Below are positions 57,291-64,000 of a stretch of DNA of 64,000 nt, piece after piece. Position 1 is the first letter of the stretch; the number at the start of each line of letters is the position of its first letter. Under the pieces are notes generated by a model, which was not told the DNA's origin, ran no database searches, and saw nothing but the letters and a program-made list of their open reading frames with translations. A program made the translations under genes and the position numbers. This stretch comes from the human T2T-CHM13v2.0 reference genome, Homo sapiens: NCBI RefSeq assembly GCF_009914755.1, contig NC_060930.1; one strand, written 5' to 3'.

Positions 57291-59394
57291 GCACTCTTAC
57301 TTTCTACTCAACTCACCCCAAGAACAGGCACGAGGACTCAAGGAGAGCTGGGGATCACCTGGACACGAGGATGGAAGTTGAGGTGGGCTCGCCATCCTTT
57401 GGGGTTGGTCTTCCCAGGAGAGAAGAGCCGTGGAATTTACCTGGAGATGCTCTGTCTTGGGCCTCACCAATTTCGAATTTGTTCATCATAGGCTGCCCTC
57501 CACATTAGTAGGCTTCAAGCAGGTCATAAGAACTCAAAAAAGTCCAACTAATCAACAAATGCGAGTACTTTCCCTTTTAAAATACTTTTTCACAATTGAG
57601 AGAAAGGAAGAGAAGAGTTAAGGATCTGCTGAGTGTGGCATTTCCTCAGAACTTCTGTATGTCTTCTCCCTAGAGCAAGCTGTGGGCTTCGCATAGCATC
57701 CCTGTTCTCACCCCAAAGAACCCGAGGCCAGGACAGTGATGTTGAAGCGGGCAGACGGTGAGGCCGATGCTCCTTCCTCAGGGCCGTAATTAAAACGGGA
57801 GACTTAGGAGCTGGCAGAATCCTTGGGAATCATTTTGTCTGACCTCCTTATTGGAGATACCATGGCCAGTGATAGTTGATAATTTACCAAACCCCAAATT
57901 CCTTAGTGGTGAAGTAGAAAAAAGAGTAGATTTCTGGTTTCTAATCCAGATCTCTGTTCCTTATGCTGTAAATAAGGTGCAAACAAACAAAAAACATCAA
58001 CCAGAAAAATTTAAAAGCCAAAGAGAAATCATTTTGGAATATAGTAGAATCGCTTCTCTACATAACTGACTATAATCAAAGAACAGGTAGACTCCTGTTC
58101 AAATGAATACTGTTAGAACATCTGGTCTTATAAAATGAGCCTATTTACATGTGCTGACAGATGGCCCACAGTGAAAATGCTTTGCTAGTCTGATTACAAC
58201 AAATCCTAATAAACCCGAATCCTCTCTCAGGTGCCTTCCTCAGCCCCCATTCATGTGAGAGGCAATCTCTATTACAAGGACATCGGTGTGCAGGCATTTT
58301 TCAATAATTTGCCATACAACTCTATCTGAGCATCATCAGACGCACTACATTGAAAGAATCCCGGATTTTATGCAAAGCTATCTTCATTGGGTTTTATTTT
58401 GCTGCTTTTTTTCCTGGAGGAGGGGCCCGGTGGAAGGAGGTTGACAGCTGCAGAGGCAGTGACTCAGTGAAAAGTGGAGAGTTCCAGAGTCCCAGGTAGG
58501 TGAAGAGCTTGGGGGCCGTTGAATTGGTGGGGGATTAATGATCAAGGAAATCTCAGAACTTTAAGTAACTAACGCACTTCCCTAGACAATCCTGAAAGAG
58601 CTCTAATTAAAAATAAAGTAAATGTGTCCAGGCTTTTTTGATATTTCATCAAATTTTTGCAGGAGGGGAAGTGCTTGTAAGAGCCCACCAAGGGCTGAAT
58701 GTGAAGACAGGTGCCCCTTCATCCACACATGCCCCAGGGCTGTGTCCTCAACCCTGACACCCTGCAACCTCCTTCAGTCCTCTCCATCCTGGTGCCCCCG
58801 AAACATGAGTCTCCCATCTCGAGTCTCCCAGGCACTATGAGCAGGCCGTTGTGCTGAGGGCAGCACAGAGCTAGAGACAAGGCCACCCTGACAAGGCACT
58901 GTGCTGGGCATGTGATGTGCTGGGCACATGACAGCACTCACTATGTCAGCACAGGACAGCCTAGGGGAGCCGCATGTCCACTGCCCCTGCTCTATCCACA
59001 GCTCTGTGCAGGATGTGCATATTTGTCTCCCAGCCCTGATTTGTGGGCAGGAGGCTCAGAGAAAGGGCTGGCAGGGGCCAGAGGGCAGGAGCAGCGGGCA
59101 AGGCTCTCCCTGCCACCTCTCGCAAGGGGGCTGTCCATTCCGGAGACACTGGGCCGGACCTCTGTGGATATAATCCCCTGTCTTTCAGGCTGCTGCTGCA
59201 GCTGCTGGTGAACAGTCATGGCATGGGGGCTGCTGTGAGTGAAAGCAGGGAGCGTGGTCCTTAATGCACATGCGGGAGTGCCCCTTTGATACAGAGTTCC
59301 CCTGACTTAACTATTTGCAACGAAAGAGCCACTTGCTCCTGTTTCGGAATGCCCATGGGAAGGATGGAAATGCCAAAGAGCAAACTCACAAAGC

Positions 59395-59500
59395 CACTGT
59401 GGGAGGCTGAGGCAGGATGATCGCTTGAGGCAGGAGTTCAAGACCAGCCAGGGAAACATAGCCAGACCCTGTCTCTATGTATATATAAAAAAAATACAAA
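59395..59500 (+). mobile_element. FLAM / Alu left-monomer fragment
   Basis: gggaggctgaggcaggatgatcgcttgaggcaggagttcaagaccagcc...agaccctgtctct followed by an A-rich tail. Confidence 0.85.
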
Positions 59501-60830
59501 GTCGAGATTAAACAGGAGGCCCAACAGAAATACAGGCCTGTGGTCCACACAGGATGTTTACAGGCTGTTTCAGAGCTTCAGTCCGACCTACAGAAAGGCA
59601 GGAGGAGGGATGACCGGCCGCACGTCAACAGCTGTAAGCACACTGGAGAACTGCCTGAGCGCTCAGGTCTGTTCATGTTCATTTTAGATGAAGTTTTGCA
59701 GAAAAAGAACACCTGTTACCAAAAGTGCCACGCCATCACATAAAATGCCTCATCAGAATGTATCAGCCACTGCAGCTCTGAGAGGCTGATGGAGCACGAC
59801 CTCATAAAAGGCTTGAAATGAAGCTTAAAGTAAATCCCTGTTGGTGGAAGAGGTAAGATGTTTTTATAAACCGCTAAATCATGCTGAAATTGGAAGTGTG
59901 TCTGCTGAGGATCTGAGGTTTTTCTAAGGTATTCATGCATGTAGGAAATGCTTCTGAGGGTCCCTTCACCTTGGTGACACCATGCTTCTGCACCGCCACT
60001 TAAATGTACTAGGTGTGACTTGGGAGTCCATTAACGCCTGGCAGGCAAGGAGGTTACATCATGGGAATCCATTTCATTACCATAAATAAATGTCATATGG
60101 CTGCCATACATTTTATTGATTAAACTGTCAAGAACAAAATTGTGTAAGAACAAAAACTTTTTATTCCTGTGGCAAAAAAAAAAAGGAGGGAAAGAAAAAG
60201 AAATGAAAATATCTACATAATTTAATGTCTCTGGCCCTCTAACTTCTTACCCAGAATAAAAGAACAAAGCCCAGCTTACTGCTCCCTTGGAGGCTGCAGC
60301 ACGACCTGCCTTTCGTGTTTCTACAGAACAAGGTAGCCTTTTCTCCTCTGCGTTCCCAGGCCTGTTGTCAACTCTAAAGAATTGCTTAAAAGCACCTCTT
60401 CAGGTAGTAGAGCTTATCTTGAGATGAAACTAAAAAATAGACTCATTTGCCTTTTATCCTTAAAAAAAAAAAAAAAAACTTACAGGTTGGTAAAAAGTTA
60501 AGTTCTTTGGATTGGCCCCAATTCTGTTTAGGATACAGTTTTTCTGCTTCCCTTACTTGAGAGCAAATAGCTGTTGACCTAGAGGCAAAATTTGGGCGTG
60601 CTCCCAGAGGGGAGGTGGCCCAATCCAAGGTGACTGATCCCAAGTGTGACTGGGGCAAAGGTCTTGATCCCAGGTTTCCTGTCAAAATAGCTAGAGGTAG
60701 AGTTGGCTTTCCATACAGTCTTAAACTTTTTTCTCTTGTGCTTGCTTTTATTTTTCTATCCCCTTATTGGGCCAGGGTATTTTTTTTCAGTCCAAGGACA
60801 AACAATGCCTCCCACCATCACAGATAATAA

Positions 60831-61190
<360 letters not shown>

Positions 61191-61326
61191 TGATTTTCTT
61201 AAACAATCTTGTCCATCTATGAAGGCATTATTTATCCCTGATTTACAAATGAGACAGAGGCTCAGAGAATGACTTGGCAGAGGTCAAATGCCAGGAAGTC
61301 CTACAGCTGGGACTAGAAATCCCTAG

Positions 61327-62000
<674 letters not shown>

Positions 62001-63720
62001 CCTAGTCTCCAAGTGCAGAGCTCCTTCTAGACTCTGCTGTGGTCAAATGACCATTGGGGATCAGTCCAATGACCATACAGGATCGAGTACGTTCACATCT
62101 TGAAAAGCAATTGTTAGCGCAACGTCGGCACACTCTCTTTTCTGGCTTCATCTTTCCCCATGGAGGGTCACCAGGTAGCAGAAACACTCCTGGCCTCGCC
62201 TGTACTCCTCACTCCCTCTTCCCCAGGAAAGGAAAAAGGAGTGTTTGAAATTTGGGAGCTAAACCTGGTGGTAATGCTCAGCCCTGGTCCTCCCACCTCC
62301 TCAACCCTGTTTGCCTGCACTGTACGCTGCCTGGACTGCACCTCCGGGAAATATGTTTGCTAGAGACAGCCCAGCCCCGATCCAGCCCCATGGAGAGGGA
62401 GGCCTCAGGTGTCTGCCCTGCACAGGACTAGAGTGAGAGCCAGCACCAACCCTCTGTGTATCTTTGCCACATTCTCCATTATTAGTCTTTTTAGTCACAG
62501 TCAACTCTGTCTCAGTTGGTTCAGAACTCAGGCAAGGAGGAGGGGCTATTTATTGGATTCCCTCATCCTGTAACACAAAGCAGTTGATATTTTTGCACAA
62601 GGCGCAATGCCTACCACCCCATCAAATTCTGCTCTGTGGGGGACTGCTGACTGTGCTACTCAGAATACCATGAGGCTGCTTCTAGTAAAATTCTTTCCCA
62701 GATGACTAGGGGCTCCAGAGAGATTTCATTCAAAACTGTTGGCAAGTCCCCAGGGGGCTTGAGTCCTTCAAGAACCAGAGCTCTTTTAACGTCTCCTGGG
62801 GACTGCAGTGGTCTTGTGCTTAGGCTAACCAGCACTGTATGTATTTTATTCTTCTTTCACACTTTTTGTTTATTTCCAACCACTTAATCCTTTTTCCATT
62901 AAAATTATGCAAAAGCCTCACTTTCCTCATTCATATGAAAATACTTTTTCTTCTCTTCCACCCCCAGTTTTCTGGTTGTAGTTTTACTCCTAAAATCAGC
63001 AAGACTTGTTTCACATAATGAAAGAAGCTATTATACGTCTTAAAAACTTGCTTTTCATTAGCTTCTAAAACATATACAGATAAAGTGAAAATTCCAAAAC
63101 TTTATGGAGCATTTTAGTTTTATGTGGTCTGGAAGGCACTCACTGGGGTAGTCTTGGAGCACATATGGGCACCTGGGCAGCTGCTTATGCTTAGCTGTGT
63201 CGCACAGACAGATGTGATTATTAGTGTCAATTAGTCTCAACTGGTATGAAACAAGAGACAACGAGATATGGAATACAAAATATTGGCCTACATAATAGGT
63301 TACCTCTTCAGCTTGAGAATAAAAAGGGAGTATATCCCACTGGGACTCTGGCAGCAGTGGTCGACATCCTATTTTTTGACCAGGCTTGAGTTGACAGACT
63401 CAGCCACGGCCTTTACCACCGAGGTTTCTTTCAGGAAAGGAAAGACACCAAGTGAAGGGAAACTATTCAGGCTGGTGGCACCAACAGCAACAGCCACATC
63501 CTCCCCAGAACTAACACAGAATTGCTGTATTTTACACAGTTTTCTCAGGTTAGTGTGATCAACTGGAGAAAAAAAGCTAACAATTATATTTCTGAGGGAT
63601 GGAAATAAAGTTTAAAGGGTGCTGTGCTGAATAAATTAACTTTATAGGAAGGGTACGTCCAGTGATCTTTCGAAGCCCTGAGCTCAGCGAGAAGGCTGGA
63701 AAGCCGGCTCCCTGCAGGAA

Positions 63721-64000
63721 TGAAGCCACCTTTGCGAAAGTATAACTGAGAAAATTATTATAGTGAAAGAGATCTGACCAAACCAACTCCATCTTCCTTC
63801 TCATCTCCAAGCTATCATTGTTCATTCCTGGGCATAGGACAAACTGACTTTGGGAGAAACTTAGTTGATAAAATAACTTTGAAACAAAGACGGTAACAGC
63901 CCTTTTCCAAAACAAACCCCCTTCCTGCCTAGGGACTAGACTGCTTTTGCGGGACACAATAAATTAGCTACAAGATTAGAAATGATGGTTTAGGAGTCAT
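63721..64000 (+). mobile_element. LTR8-family ERV1 LTR, 5' part (runs off the window)
   Basis: tgaagccacctttgcgaaagtataactgag...agtgaaagagatctgacc...tgttcattcctgggcatagg...caagattagaaatgatggtttaggagtcat. Confidence 0.88.

Noticed and set aside
58600-59300. GC-rich segment as a CpG-island promoter
   Set aside because: It is GC-rich but dominated by TG/CA with few CpGs, and its ORFs lack coding signatures.
59654-59667. Perfect 14-bp palindrome cctgagcgctcagg (and the 12-bp acggcatgccgt at 11878)
   Set aside because: About 4 such 14-mers are expected by chance in 64 kb (64000/4^7).

Overview
This is primate, most likely human, nuclear DNA, not a microbial region. It is AT-rich and CpG-depleted, and transposable-element relics dominate it. 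There are 16 dimeric or trimeric Alus plus one monomer fragment, several L1 fragments (L1PA, L1PB, L1MC-like), a long HAL1 relic, L2/MIR fragments, a near full-length Tigger1 DNA transposon, and MER2, MER33, MER53 and MADE1 elements. About 14 solo LTRs are present (MaLR MLT1/THE1, ERVL MLT2, ERV1 MER57/LTR8, ERVK LTR22), along with several microsatellites. I cannot support any intact protein-coding gene, RNA gene, CRISPR array or CpG-island promoter. The supplied ORFs are Alu, L1 or Tigger translations, or chance frames. L1 and LTR elements lie on both strands, which fits intergenic or weakly transcribed lncRNA DNA. I found no convincing novel biological system. The best leads are local: a trimeric Alu with a duplicated left arm, two THE1 LTRs of which only one keeps the DUX4 motif and TATA box, an MER57 LTR with intact promoter motifs, a possible recursive splice site next to a CTCF-like element, a MADE1 hairpin, and small template-switch or duplication scars. 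Family names come from recalled consensus sequences, not from a database run, so subfamily labels and the boundaries of old elements are approximate.
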